Positions 18,487 to 32,602 are shown, counted from the first letter of the stretch. The stretch is DNA of 64,000 nt from Dictyostelium discoideum (GCA_000004695.1 CM000152.2:3776001-3840000), one strand, 5' to 3'. Notes: generated by a model not told the origin, from the sequence alone. Numbers and translations are program-made.

Positions 18487-19739
18487 ATGGAAATTAAAGA
18501 TATTATCATAAATAGTAATTTAATGTTACCACCACCAACAATTTTAACAATAAATAATAAAGATGATTATACATCATTTACTTTTAAAGGGAAATCTATA
18601 TCGGTACCAAGGAAACAAAGAATAACAAAAAAAACAATTTATGCCTGTGATATAAATGGTACAATGTTTCAAACATATAATATGGATACAAACCGATTAT
18701 TAATAATTAAAAAAATTTCACTTTTACAATTTAAAAATCATTTACAAGGTAGAATGATGTTAAGAAATTGTCATTACCAAAGATTTTTTAATCATCATCC
18801 ATTTGTATCTGGTTTTAAAGTTTCAAAAAGAAAATCATTAAATATTAAAACAAAAAATCTAATTGAATCTCCAGTTGATGATGGTACTGATTTATATTTT
18901 GAATTTGACCAATCTGATTTCACTTTATACCAAATGATTAGATCAGATAAAGCAGCTTCAAGAAAACAATGTCCATATGTTTTGTACCAATTATTAACAA
19001 CTATCAAATATATAAACTCTGCTGGTGTAATTCATAGAAGTCTTGACCCAAAAACAATTGCAGTTAATAAAGAATATAAAACTAAATTATTTGATTTTAG
19101 TTTTTCAATTTCAACAGACTATCCAACAGATATCTTTTTTAAAGATTATGAAGAAACTCCATGGCCATATCGTTCTCCTGAAACAATAATAATGTTAAAA
19201 GAATTTTCATTTGAATGTGATGTTTGGTCGATTGGTGTAATATTTGCTGAATTAATTTTAGGTGAACAATTATTTAGAGGTGAAAGTAGTAAGTATTAAT
19301 TTTTAATTTTTTAATTTTTTAATTTATATAATTAATTTATTTAATTTTTTTTTTTTTAAAAGAACAATCACTTCTTATAGAAATTTCAGAATTAATTGGT
19401 ACACCAACATATGATGAATGTAAAGAATCAACTAATGGTTTCGCTAGAAATTTTATTTTAAACATTCCATTAAAATCAAGACATGGTGGAATTAAAAAAA
19501 GAATTCCAAATGCAACTGAAGAAGAAATTGAAATTTTAGAAGGAATGTTATGTTGGAATCCAAAGAAAAGATGGCCAATTGAAAGAATTATTCAGCATCC
19601 TTATTTTCAAAATTATTGTCATATTGAACAATATAAATGTGATAAAAAATTCTCACTTGGTTCTCCATATGTTTTTCATAGATTAAATGCAAAAGAAATT
19701 AAAAAAATAATTGAAGATGAATTTGTTACCCAACCATAA
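18487..19739 (+). CDS. CMGC/CDK-like protein kinase homolog, probably a pseudokinase. Exons: 18487..19288, 19363..19739.
   Basis: The kinase core is recognisable: LYFEFDQSDFTLYQMI, VLYQLLTTIKYINSAGVIHRSLDPKTIAVN, KLFDFSFSIS, WPYRSPETII, DVWSIGVIFAELILGEQLF, and after a GTAAGT...AAAAG phase-1 intron, LIGTPT…W.P.KR…HPYF. However HRD is HRS (the catalytic Asp is lost), DFG is DFS, and there is no GxGxxG loop. Confidence 0.75.
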
Positions 19740-21153
19740 AAAAAAAATATATATTTATTATAAAAAATAAATATCAACTTGTATATAGTTTTAATATGTT
19801 TTTTAAATTAAAAAGTAAAAAAAAAAAGAATAAATAAATAAAAAAAAGAAATTAAAAAGTTTTAAAATCCTAAAAAATACATATATTTATTTATTTCATA
19901 CTAATTCTTGATTGTAAACCTTTTAACTCTATTTTCTTTTCTTAACTATAAAAAATGTTGTTGCAGCAATTGCAAAAGCACCACCAATTGGAAGAGCAAC
20001 AGCAAGTGGGATGACGATTTGAACTATCACATGAAGTTTTAAAATCAGTTGATAATAAAACAGAGAAATCTATTAATTTAAAAAAAAAAAAAGAAAAAAA
20101 AGAAAATTAAAATTAATAATATGTTATAAATTTATCTTTTTTTTTTAAAAAAAAAACATACCAGGATCAATTAAACATGAAGTTGTAAAATGAGGTAAGT
20201 TTAATCAAACTATAACTGATGTTTCATCTTTTGAAATAATAGAAGATGAAATTAATGTTGATCTATAATCTACTACCGCTTGATTTATTAGTCTACCAAA
20301 TAAAGTTTTACCATTCTTTTTAATTTCAATATAATTAATTGCTGATAATGAATTTTCATCTTGAGTTTCAACTTTAGTATGGGTCAATCATTTTCTTTTT
20401 TATTTATATCTTCAGTTACATCTGATTTCATTTGAATTTGTAAACTATATTACATTCTTGATTGGATTTACAATCACAAATGCAAGAACCAGAATTACAG
20501 TCACAAAAGCTATTACCTGTTCAGTTTGTACTACAACTTAAATATTGGTTTAAAAAGTCTGGAATTATAGTGAGTAGGACATTTGATTGAAGTTGAAGTT
20601 GAAGAAATGGTGGTATTTGCATCAACTATATAAGTTGAGCTATTAAAACCTTCTAAAACTGAACAAGTTATTTGATTAAATATGGCTTTGGTAACTATAC
20701 AATTAATTTCATTACTATTGTTATCTAAACCAACAACTGATATTATACTTGTATTATAATATCAAGACCCATGGAACCAACTAAAATAATTTTGTTTAAA
20801 AAATGTACTGTTAGATTTATAAATTAAATGATATCTTTTTAAAAATTATTTCGAAAACATATTTACAATTGCTCAAACTTTGTCAATTGTGAAAAATAGA
20901 AAATACGATTAAACTTAATTTCTGTACTTGTCATTATACTTTTTTAAAACAAAAAAAAAAATTAGTTTGGAACATATCAATCTTTTTTTTAATTTTTTTT
21001 TTTAAAAATAAAAATACGTACAATGCTTTTAATTTGAGATTTGGTATATCATCAAAAAAATTTGACGTTATGTTGCCTTTAATAAAAAAGAAAAAAAATA
21101 AAAATAAATATTTTTTAAACAAGCACCTAAAAAATAATTTTAGGTAATTTAAA

Positions 21154-21203
<50 letters not shown>

Positions 21204-21709
21204 AAAGAAAAGAAGAAAAAGGTACCAACCATCTTGGCTGTTTATTAAACCAGATATTATTTTATTAAAAATATAAAAAGGAAAATAATTAATTGAAGTT
21301 TCATTTTCTTTTTTTTTTGGAAAAAATCCAAAATCATACATAAAAGGAGGTAACTGGGAAAAAAAAAAAAAAAAAAAAGTAAATAAAATATAGAATGTGT
21401 CTTTTAAAAAATAAAAAAATAAAATAAAAAAAATTAAAATTAAAAAAAAAATAAAATTTAAAAAACACTACAATAAAATGGTTTGGATTTTGTAATTTTA
21501 TCCGAAACCAAATTTTTATAATTTTTATCATTTTTGGGGGACATGACCAAAAAAAAAAAAAAAACATTAAAAAAAAAAAAAAAAAAAAAAAAAATAAAAA
21601 ATAAATTAAAAAAAAAAAAAAAAATAAAAAAAATTAAAATTAGTTTTTCTGACACAATGGATATTTTCCAAATAAATCAAATAAAAAAGGGAACTTTATT
21701 TTATTTTTT

Positions 21710-22189
21710 TTAATAATAAACGTATTTTCTAACTTGACCTATTTGTTTCTTTACGATTGGAGAATCAATCATAGTATTTTGTGATTTGCAAGATAAAACA
21801 AAAAATTTACTTATATATTCTTTTGGTGCCTTTTTTTTTTTTTTTTTTTTTTATAAAATGAAATAAAAAAAATGAATACAAATAAATAATTAATTTTTTT
21901 TGAAAAAAAAATGAATACAAATAATTAATTTTTTTTTTTCATTTTTTTTTTATTTTTATAAAATGAAATAAATACATACATTAATTGGTTTTGGTAAAAC
22001 TAATACTACATCTTCACAATTAATTTTATTAGTTTTTTGAAGAATTGTTTTTATTTCAGAAATATCATCACTATTATTCAAATCATAATTTTCAAAATCA
22101 AATTCAATGTGATTTAAATTACTTATATCATTGCTTACACAATTAATATTATTATTATTTGAACTATATCTAATATTTCTTTTAACCAT
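21710..22189 (-). CDS. Small hypothetical protein of about 109 aa. Two exons on minus: 22189..21980, 21829..21710.
   Basis: ORF MVKRNIRYSS…KINCEDVVLVLPKPIN ends exactly at a GTATGT donor. After a 150-nt AT-rich intron ending AAAAAG, exon 2 reads APKEYISKFFVLSCKSQNTMIDSPIVKKQIGQVRKYVYY*. Phase 0. No homology recognised. Confidence 0.4.
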
Positions 22190-22191
22190 TT

Positions 22192-22222
<31 letters not shown>

Positions 22223-23519
22223 TTATTACTATATTATTATTATATATATTTTTAATAATTAAACAATATTCATTTATTTATTAATTATTTTCAGAAAAAA
22301 GAGAATTTTTTTTTGTATTTTTTTTTTTATTTTTTTTTGTATTTTTTATTATTTTTGTTTTATTATTATTTTTATATTTCACCCCCATAACACTTCACCC
22401 ACTGTTTTTGATTTTTTTTTTTTTGAATATATTAAATTGGGGTAACACATCTTAATTCTTATTTAAATATAACTAAAATTCTATACCTTTTTTAGGAAAT
22501 TTTTTTTAATTTTTTAATTTTCAAAAAAAAAAAAAAAAAAACTAAATAAAAATATAAAAAAATATACAAAAACTGTTATTAAGCTCATAATTTTTCCAAC
22601 TAAATTAAAAAAAAAATAAAATAAAATAAAATAAAACAGTATTTGGGCATGATGATCACCGATTGATATTTTTTTTTTATTTTTTCTCAATTTTTTTTAT
22701 TTTTTAATTTTCACTTTTATTGATTTTATTTATTTTCACAACAAAAGATTTTTATAAAAGAAAAAAGAAAAAAGAAAAAAAAAACTAAAATTCTAAATCA
22801 TGTTGATCAAAAGATGAAATTTATTGATAATGAAAAAAAATAAAAAAAAATAATCAACCCCAAAAACAGTTTGTTTTGCTTTTTTTTATTTTTTTTATTT
22901 TTAGAAAATTAAAAATAATTAAAAAAAAAAAAAATAAAAAATAAAAAAAAATTTGTATACTGCTCACATTTATATATTCATATTTTTACTTCAATTTTTA
23001 TTCTCACATAAAAATTAATTTTATTATAATGTTGAACTAAAGAGCTCATAAAAACGCACACTCACATTCACACTCTCACTAACACACAAACACAATAAGA
23101 TTAGCCCAGATGAAAAAAAAAAAAAAAAATTATTAAAAAAAAAAAAAAAAATAAAATTTGTTTAAAATAGTCTATTTACCACTAGTATATGATGTGATCT
23201 GGGGGGTTGTACCGTGCTGTGGGTACAATGATAGAAAAAAAAAATTTAAATTTAAATTTATAAATAAATTATAATAAAAAAAACAAAAAAAAAAAAAAAA
23301 ATTTAAAAAAAGAATAAAAAAAAAAAATAAAAAAAAGTATTGGTATATCACTAATTATTTTTTAAAATTTTGAAAATCTCTCTCCAAAAAAAAATAACTT
23401 CTATTCTATAATTGGAGCTATCAAAAAAACAAAAAAAAAAAAAAAAAATAAAAAAAAAAAAATATTAAGAAACTAAAAAATTAATTTTTTTTTTATACTA
23501 ATATTTCATTTGTTATTAG

Positions 23520-23575
<56 letters not shown>

Positions 23576-23594
23576 AAAAAAAATATAAAAAAAG

Positions 23595-24895
<1,301 letters not shown>

Positions 24896-25169
24896 TAAAT
24901 TAATATATATATTTATTTGTTTAACTTTATTTTAATTTAATTTATTTTTATTTTAGTTTCTTAATTAAAATAATAAAAAAAAAAAAAATAAAAAAAAAAA
25001 AAAAAATAGATTTTTAAATCAAAATAGTTTTTTGAGAATTAAAAAAAAAAAATAAGATCTATATTTTAATAAAAATAAAATGATATATTAATTAAAATTT
25101 AAAAAAAAAAAAAACTACCATAAAATTTATTTTAATTTTTATTTTTTCATTTTTGCATTCCACTGTTTA

Positions 25170-25219
<50 letters not shown>

Positions 25220-25415
25220 AAAAACAAAAACACTTTTTAGTGGGATTTGTTTAATTTCTTTAATTTACCAATAATATATTAATTTTTACAATTTCAAAGA
25301 TTTATCATTTATTTTGATATTAAATAAAAAATGAGTATCTTTTTGATTTTGTATTTTTCTAAATTAGTGGTAAACACTAAACAAGTATGAATACTACCAT
25401 ATTTAATTTAAATTT

Positions 25416-25453
<38 letters not shown>

Positions 25454-25881
25454 TTGAAAGATTGTTTAATTTAATATAATGTTTTTGTGGAAATGAGATT
25501 TGATTTTTGTACATATAATTAATAATTGTATATTAATATATTTCATTATTGCCTTTTTTTTTTTTTTTTTTTTTTTATTGTTTTAAACAACAAATTTTTT
25601 GAAAACCTATAATATGGTACCTACTATCAAAAATATGTTACAATTAAAAAAAACATTAATTTGCTTATTTTATTGAGGTATTTGAGGGGGAATAGATTTA
25701 CAAATTCATTTTTTTTTTTTTTTTTGTTTTATTTTTTTTTTATTTTTATTTTGTTTAATTATTTAATATTTTTTTTTTTTATTTGTTTTTTTAATTTAGT
25801 ATTTTTACTTTTTTTTTTTAATTGTTTATTAATAATCTATTCAAATAATTACATCTTAAATTTTTTTTAATAATAAAAAAC

Positions 25882-26523
25882 ATGTTACATAAATTTGGAC
25901 CAATTTTTAGAGTAAAAAGATTTAGAAGGGCTCAAAGGTTACACAGAGAAAGGATTAATCGTGAAAGAAATTTACAAAGACAAAGACTTTATGATAGATT
26001 ATATCCAAGAAGAATAATTCAAAATGGGAATATTTTCATTGACAGTTTTAATTCTATAAATACACTTACAAAGTCTGGTCATGAGTTATTAGAAATTTCA
26101 CAATCACCTTTTCAACAAATTATTAAAAAAATATTTGTTGTATTCTTTCAAGATTATTTTAGCCTTCCAGTCAATATTAAACAAAGTGATTTGGAATTAG
26201 TTTTAAATAATAAAGTAAATCAACCAAAATATCAATTTCAAGTGAAAATTTTAACATTCAAAAATAGATCAGAAGATGAATACCCACCACATATGCAAAT
26301 AGTTGTAAATGGTAAAAATGTCATTGATCAAATTTATAAAATTAAAAAAGATAATATTGAAAATGGAATCACTGTTTTTTATTATAATCCAATAGATGTA
26401 TCTCAAAACATACAAAATAAAAATACATTTACAATTAATACTCATGAAACTATTGGAGTATTAATGCTGCAAATTGTTAAAATTAATGGTTTTATTTCAA
26501 CATTAAACTTGGCTAATCTTTAA
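25882..26523 (+). CDS. Hypothetical basic protein with a PINIT-like motif
   Basis: Single ORF with a true ATG: MLHKFGPIFRVKRFRRAQRLHRERINRERNLQRQR… The segment FQVKILTFKNRSEDEYPPHMQIVVNGKNV resembles the PIAS/Siz PINIT-domain core (…[27 protein letters not shown]…). No SP-RING is present in the ORF. The similarity is short and low-confidence. Confidence 0.45.
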   Translation: MLHKFGPIFRVKRFRRAQRLHRERINRERNLQRQRLYDRLYPRRIIQNGNIFIDSFNSINTLTKSGHELLEISQSPFQQIIKKIFVVFFQDYFSLPVNIKQSDLELVLNNKVNQPKYQFQVKILTFKNRSEDEYPPHMQIVVNGKNVIDQIYKIKKDNIENGITVFYYNPIDVSQNIQNKNTFTINTHETIGVLMLQIVKINGFISTLNLANL

Positions 26524-26626
26524 AAAATAATAATAAAATTTAATTTCCAAATTAATTAAACTTATAAATATTGTTTATTTATTTATTTCTTTATTTCTTT
26601 ATTTCTTTATTTATATTAAAAATAAA

Positions 26627-27031
26627 ATGAAGTTGGTTGGGTATGTTTATGATGATGAAGAAAAATATTATCACCCATGTAAATCAATTAAATGGTTAAC
26701 AATTGAATATGAATATAAATTTGTAAATTTTAAAAGACAAATTGTTGAACCAAAATCATTACCTTCCAGTATTAGAGATTTATCACTTATAAATATAGCA
26801 AATGAACCATTAATCAAATTTCCATTTCCAAAAAAAATAAAAAAACTTTTATTAATAACAAATAGAATCACCAGGTTTGAAAATGAAAATATTTTATTGA
26901 AAAAAAGTGTCCCAAATTCTGTTTCCTCTTTAGCTATAGATTTTATTAATGATGAAGATGCTTGTTTTCCATCATCATTAACTCATTTTCAACTTTTAAG
27001 AAATGATTTTGATCTAATATCTGGAATTTGA
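26627..27031 (+). CDS. FNIP-repeat-like protein fragment, Dictyostelium-type leucine-rich FNIP family
   Basis: True ATG. The repeat logic …SLPSSIRDLSLINIANEPLIKFPFPKKIKKLLLITNRITRF…SVPNSVSSLAIDFINDEDACFPSSLTHFQLLRNDFDLISGI has the (L/V)P.S(L/V).hL.F spacing of FNIP repeats. Its 3' end overlaps the convergent ORF 26989..27540. Confidence 0.4.
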   Translation: MKLVGYVYDDEEKYYHPCKSIKWLTIEYEYKFVNFKRQIVEPKSLPSSIRDLSLINIANEPLIKFPFPKKIKKLLLITNRITRFENENILLKKSVPNSVSSLAIDFINDEDACFPSSLTHFQLLRNDFDLISGI

Positions 27032-27540
27032 ATAAAATTATTTTTAGTTTCTTTTGAAATTGACCATTGAATAAAATCATTGAATGAAATTGATTTAAAA
27101 TTTGGTGGAACAACAAATACACAATTTGATTCATTTTTTGGTTTTGATAATGAAATATGTTTAAGGGTATGAACTGTTGATGGTAAACTTTCTAAATGAA
27201 ATGAATCATCATAATTATTATTAGGATATTCAAAATAGGAATGAACTAATGTAATGGCTTCAACGCCATGTGGTACGCATTCACCAGATTCCAAGTTTGA
27301 TAAACTGTTAATGGTAAGATTTTTTAATACACCGCCTATTGGTAAATCTCCAACTTTCAATAAATGATCAGGTTTATCTTCAATACATAAACTTTCAATA
27401 TACTCTCTTTCTTGGTATTCAATTAATGATTGTATTTGTTCAAAAGTTATGAAAATATTCTTTTTATATAATCTACAATATGAAAATATTTTTTTTGATA
27501 ATACAATATTACCAAATACTTTTTTATATAAATGGTACAT
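26989..27540 (-). CDS. FNIP-repeat-like protein (N-terminal region), convergent with and overlapping the previous ORF
   Basis: Starts with a true ATG at 27540: MYHLYKKVFGNIVLSKKIFSYCRLYKKNIFITFEQIQ…, the typical Dictyostelium FNIP-protein N-terminus. It continues LPSTVHTLKHISLSKPKNESNCVFVVPPNFKSISFNDFIQWSISKETKNNFIQIP. The upstream part of the listed ORF (27541..27711) is a poly-Lys artefact. Confidence 0.45.
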   Translation of the reverse strand: MYHLYKKVFGNIVLSKKIFSYCRLYKKNIFITFEQIQSLIEYQEREYIESLCIEDKPDHLLKVGDLPIGGVLKNLTINSLSNLESGECVPHGVEAITLVHSYFEYPNNNYDDSFHLESLPSTVHTLKHISLSKPKNESNCVFVVPPNFKSISFNDFIQWSISKETKNNFIQIPDIRSKSFLKS

Positions 27541-27565
27541 TGTTGGACGAGTGTGTTGTTGAACT

Positions 27566-27608
<43 letters not shown>

Positions 27609-28258
27609 CACAAAAGAAATAAACTAAAAAAAAATAAAAAAAAAATAAAAAACAAAAAAAAATTATTATTGAAAAAATAATAACAAAGAAAAAAATAGCA
27701 CTCCCATGCACAAAATTTTTAGGTAATTTGGAAGATCGACCATGTTTTTTTTAATTTTATTTTTTTTTTAAAAATTTTTTTTTTTTATTACTTCATATTT
27801 AAATGAAAAAATTGTTTTTTTTTTTAGTAATAAAATACAACAAAACCCAAAAGTTTTTTTTTTTTTTTTGTTGACAAAAACATTCAAATCCACATAAAAA
27901 ATATATTCTTTTTTTTTTTTTATAATTAAATTAATTTTTTTTATTTTTTATATGGGTTTAGTATTGATAGTTAGATCACTCTAAAATACATAAAATATAT
28001 TAAAAATCAATGTGATCATTGATTTTTTTCTTTGTTATTATTTTTTTTTAAAAATAATTTATATCTTTTTTTTTTTTTTTTTTTTGTGAAATTATAAAAA
28101 AAATAAATTAAATAAAATTTCTTTTTTTTTAGTACAAAATTTTATTTAATAAAATCAGGTTTGTTCAATCGATTTTTTACATCTAGTTTCATTCCTAAAA
28201 TTCTCTATTGTAGAGAAAGAAAAGAGGGTAAAATATCAAGTAATGATGATGGTTAAAT

Positions 28259-28309
<51 letters not shown>

Positions 28310-28414
28310 TTTGGAATATATAATAGGTATTTATTTTATTTTATAGGTATAGGTATTTATCAATTAAAACTTTTTTTTATATTTTTATTAATATATTAAT
28401 ATTTATTAATTTAT

Positions 28415-28452
<38 letters not shown>

Positions 28453-28762
28453 CCCTGAAGAGTATTTATAATAATCATAAAACCAATTTAAAAATAAAAA
28501 AATTAAAATTAAAAAAAATATACAAATAAATTTTAATTCTTAAATTTATTATTTATAATGTTCAGTTAAAAAATTTGAATAAATAAAAAGTTGAGTTGTG
28601 TGGGTTGTGTTAGTGGTGTGCTGATGTGTTTAAATGATGGTATTTTTTTATCACAAATAAAATTATTTTTATACACTAAAAAATAAGAAATTGTAAATTG
28701 AAAAATATAATTAATCAAAGAGTAAATTAAAATAAAAATAAAACTATATTTATTTATATATA

Positions 28763-28811
<49 letters not shown>

Positions 28812-29426
28812 GTAAAAAAAAAAAAAAAGCTCTTATGAAAATATAATATATATTTTTAAATTTAAAAAAAAAAAAAAAAAACAAAAGTAACAATTAAACT
28901 ATGATAATGTGATAATGTGATAATTTAATTTAATTTTGTGTGGTGGGTTTGTGTGTTAATGTGCTGTGTTGTTTTTTATTTCATAAGAATGATTTCTATA
29001 ATTAAAACCCACTTAACCCCAAATTCCCAAATAAAAAAAAGTGAGTGAGTGTGAGTGAGTGAGTGAGTGAGTAAGTGTGAATGAAAATCACAATCTATGT
29101 AGTTTTTTATAGTGTGAAATATAAAAATAAAAAAAAATTATAATAATAATAAATTTTTTTTTTTGTTGGGTTTTTTTTTTTTTTTTTTTATATAATAATA
29201 AATAACTTAACACAATTATAAACATTACAATTAAGTAATAATAAATAATTATAATTCTATTATATTCAAACGTATAAAAAAATTAAAAATAATAATAATA
29301 ATAATAATGATAATGGTAATTTAAATATTAGTTAATTGAAAAAAAAAAATAAAAAAAATAAAATAATAATAATTCTAAATTGTTTTTTTTATTTTTTTTA
29401 TTTTTTTTTTTTTATTTTCATTTTAG

Positions 29427-30260
<834 letters not shown>

Positions 30261-31027
30261 ATATTTCTTATTAAATAAATAATTTTATTTCTATTATGTA
30301 TTTATTGTTTTGAAATGTAAATGTTTATTTTTTTTTTTTTTTTTTTTTTTTTTTTATCTCTTTTTATTTATTCCTTTTTCTACAATTCTTTTTTTTTTTC
30401 TCTTTTTGTTTATTTTCCTTTATTTTTTTTCTAGCTCCACAATACTATTAAAAAAGGAATCATATTATTACTATTATTATTATTACTGCTATTAAAAAAG
30501 GGAATCATTATAATTTATGCTTTTTTGAAAAATGAAAATTTTGAAGCAGAAAAATGATATTTCTTTTTTTTTTTTTTTTTTTTTAAAAAAAATTCATTTT
30601 TTTTATTTTTTTTCATTTTATTCCCATAATTTATTTAGTTTTAAAATATAAATAAAAAAAAAGTTTTTTTATTTATTCAAAGTTATGACCAAACTCTTAG
30701 GATCATTTCTAGAGTATCGTCTATTAAAATTATTCATCAATAATTTTTCCTCTTTCACAGCTAGGATGATGATATACACTCACTACACGAAAGCGTGAAA
30801 CCGTTATTATCGAATGATTCATTTATTTTTTATTAACATTGATGACCGTCTAATTCAGGGATGAATTGGTTGTGTGGTGGGATTCGTACTGGCTCTTTTT
30901 TAATTAATTTAATGAAAAAAATATCCAATTAAAAATACCTATTATATTGAATTGTTTAACTAAATGTTAAAAACTACAAATTATTAATAAAGCCATAAAT
31001 TATTATTTTTTGTTTATTTCTAAAGTA

Positions 31028-31933
31028 TTAGAATTTATTTAATTGTTTTATTAGTTTACTTTTTTTTACAGTTTTTTTTAAAAACTTGTTTTCATAATTT
31101 TTAATTAAATAATTTGTTTTTTTGATTAATTTTGATTTATTTATTGGTTGAGTTTGGATTAATTCAATTATTAAAATACCAGATGCACCAGGATGACTAA
31201 AACATAAACCATTATAATCTAAAATGAAATCAGTTATATCTATTGGTTTTTTAATTGATAATTGTTCAAAAGGTGAATGAGATTTCACTTTTTTTTCATT
31301 TTCATGATTTTCAAAATAGTAATCATTTATTGATAGATCATAATCAGTTGAATCATATTTGAAATCATTTTCAGTCTGTTTATAATAGAATTTCAATTGA
31401 ATTGATATTCTTCTTGATTGATCTAGTATTATTTTCCATGTGTTTTCACTTAATATTAAAACATAACTACATTTTTGATTATATTCAATAGTGAATAATC
31501 TTTTTATTCCTCTATTGAATGATGTTTTATTTTCATTTATTTCATTTATCATTTCAATTTGTTGTTTTGTTTGATCTTCATATAAAGGTGAATAGTTATT
31601 CTCTAGAAGTGGTGACGGTGGTGATGATGGTGGTGGTGATGTACAAGGTGACTGTGTTAATTTTACTGATGATAGTGTTAATAAATTAGTTTGATTTGAT
31701 TGCAACTGAAGTATTTTTTGATATTGTTTTTGTGGGGGAGATTTTATTTGTTGGTTGTTAAATTCAAGGTGATTATTTATAATAAATTGTTGATTTTTTG
31801 AATCTTGTAACATTTTTAATAATTTTCTTCTAAGAAATAATTCTTGCATTGAAAGTGATTGTTGTTGTAATGGAAGTGATTGTTGTTCGCTCTCTGATTT
31901 AACACTTTCTTTTAAATTATTTTTTTCAAACAT
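31028..31933 (-). CDS. Hypothetical protein of 301 aa, single exon
   Basis: Clean ATG..stop ORF MFEKNNLKESVKSESEQQSLPLQQQS…, with a PPPSSPPSP stretch and a non-repetitive C-terminal half (…TWKIILDQSRRISIQLKFYYKQTENDFKYD…GLCFSHPGASGILIIELIQ…). Non-repeat composition supports real coding. No family assigned. Confidence 0.6.
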   Translation of the reverse strand: MFEKNNLKESVKSESEQQSLPLQQQSLSMQELFLRRKLLKMLQDSKNQQFIINNHLEFNNQQIKSPPQKQYQKILQLQSNQTNLLTLSSVKLTQSPCTSPPPSSPPSPLLENNYSPLYEDQTKQQIEMINEINENKTSFNRGIKRLFTIEYNQKCSYVLILSENTWKIILDQSRRISIQLKFYYKQTENDFKYDSTDYDLSINDYYFENHENEKKVKSHSPFEQLSIKKPIDITDFILDYNGLCFSHPGASGILIIELIQTQPINKSKLIKKTNYLIKNYENKFLKKTVKKSKLIKQLNKF

Positions 31934-32340
31934 TTTTAAATCAGTTTCACTTTTGTTCTATTAATTTTAAAACTAAAAAATTAAATAAAAAAAAAAAAAA
32001 CTACAGTTAGAAGTGTGATAATTAATAATTTTTTTATTTTTTCTTTTTAATTGAAAAGTTAAGTTATATATATTTCATTACTATTTTTAATTGTAAATAA
32101 TTTTTTTAATAATAAATTAATTAAAAATATTATATAATATAAAAAATAATCTTTGTTTTTTAATATTATTCCCAATTGCCAGTAAAAAAAAAAAATAAAA
32201 AAAAAAAAAAATAAATAAAATTAATTAAATTAAACAATATACATACATTTATTATGATTTTCATTCAATTTTAAATCATGACTGTGAGGTGATTTTTATT
32301 TTTAATTGATATTACCTTTTTATCATAATAATTTTATTAG

Positions 32341-32382
<42 letters not shown>

Positions 32383-32602
32383 AAAAAAATTATGGGGTGT
32401 CTATAATTAGAGGATTGATTCTCAAACAAAAAATTTGATTTTTTCCCTTACATCAAGATGTTTTTTTATAATTGGGTGAAACTCAATAATTTAATAATTA
32501 AAAAAAAAATAAAAAAAAAATAAAAGTTAGAAAAAAGTGGGAAAATTATATAGTTTTTTTAAAAATAATAAATAAAAATATATATATTTGATTTTATTTT
32601 TT

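Noticed and set aside
20150-20260. A plus-strand intron-like GTAAGT…AATAG (20193-20246) next to ATGAG
   Set aside because: The flanking plus-strand frames hit stops immediately (ATG AG | A AGA TGA). The surrounding region is better explained as minus-strand pseudogene debris.
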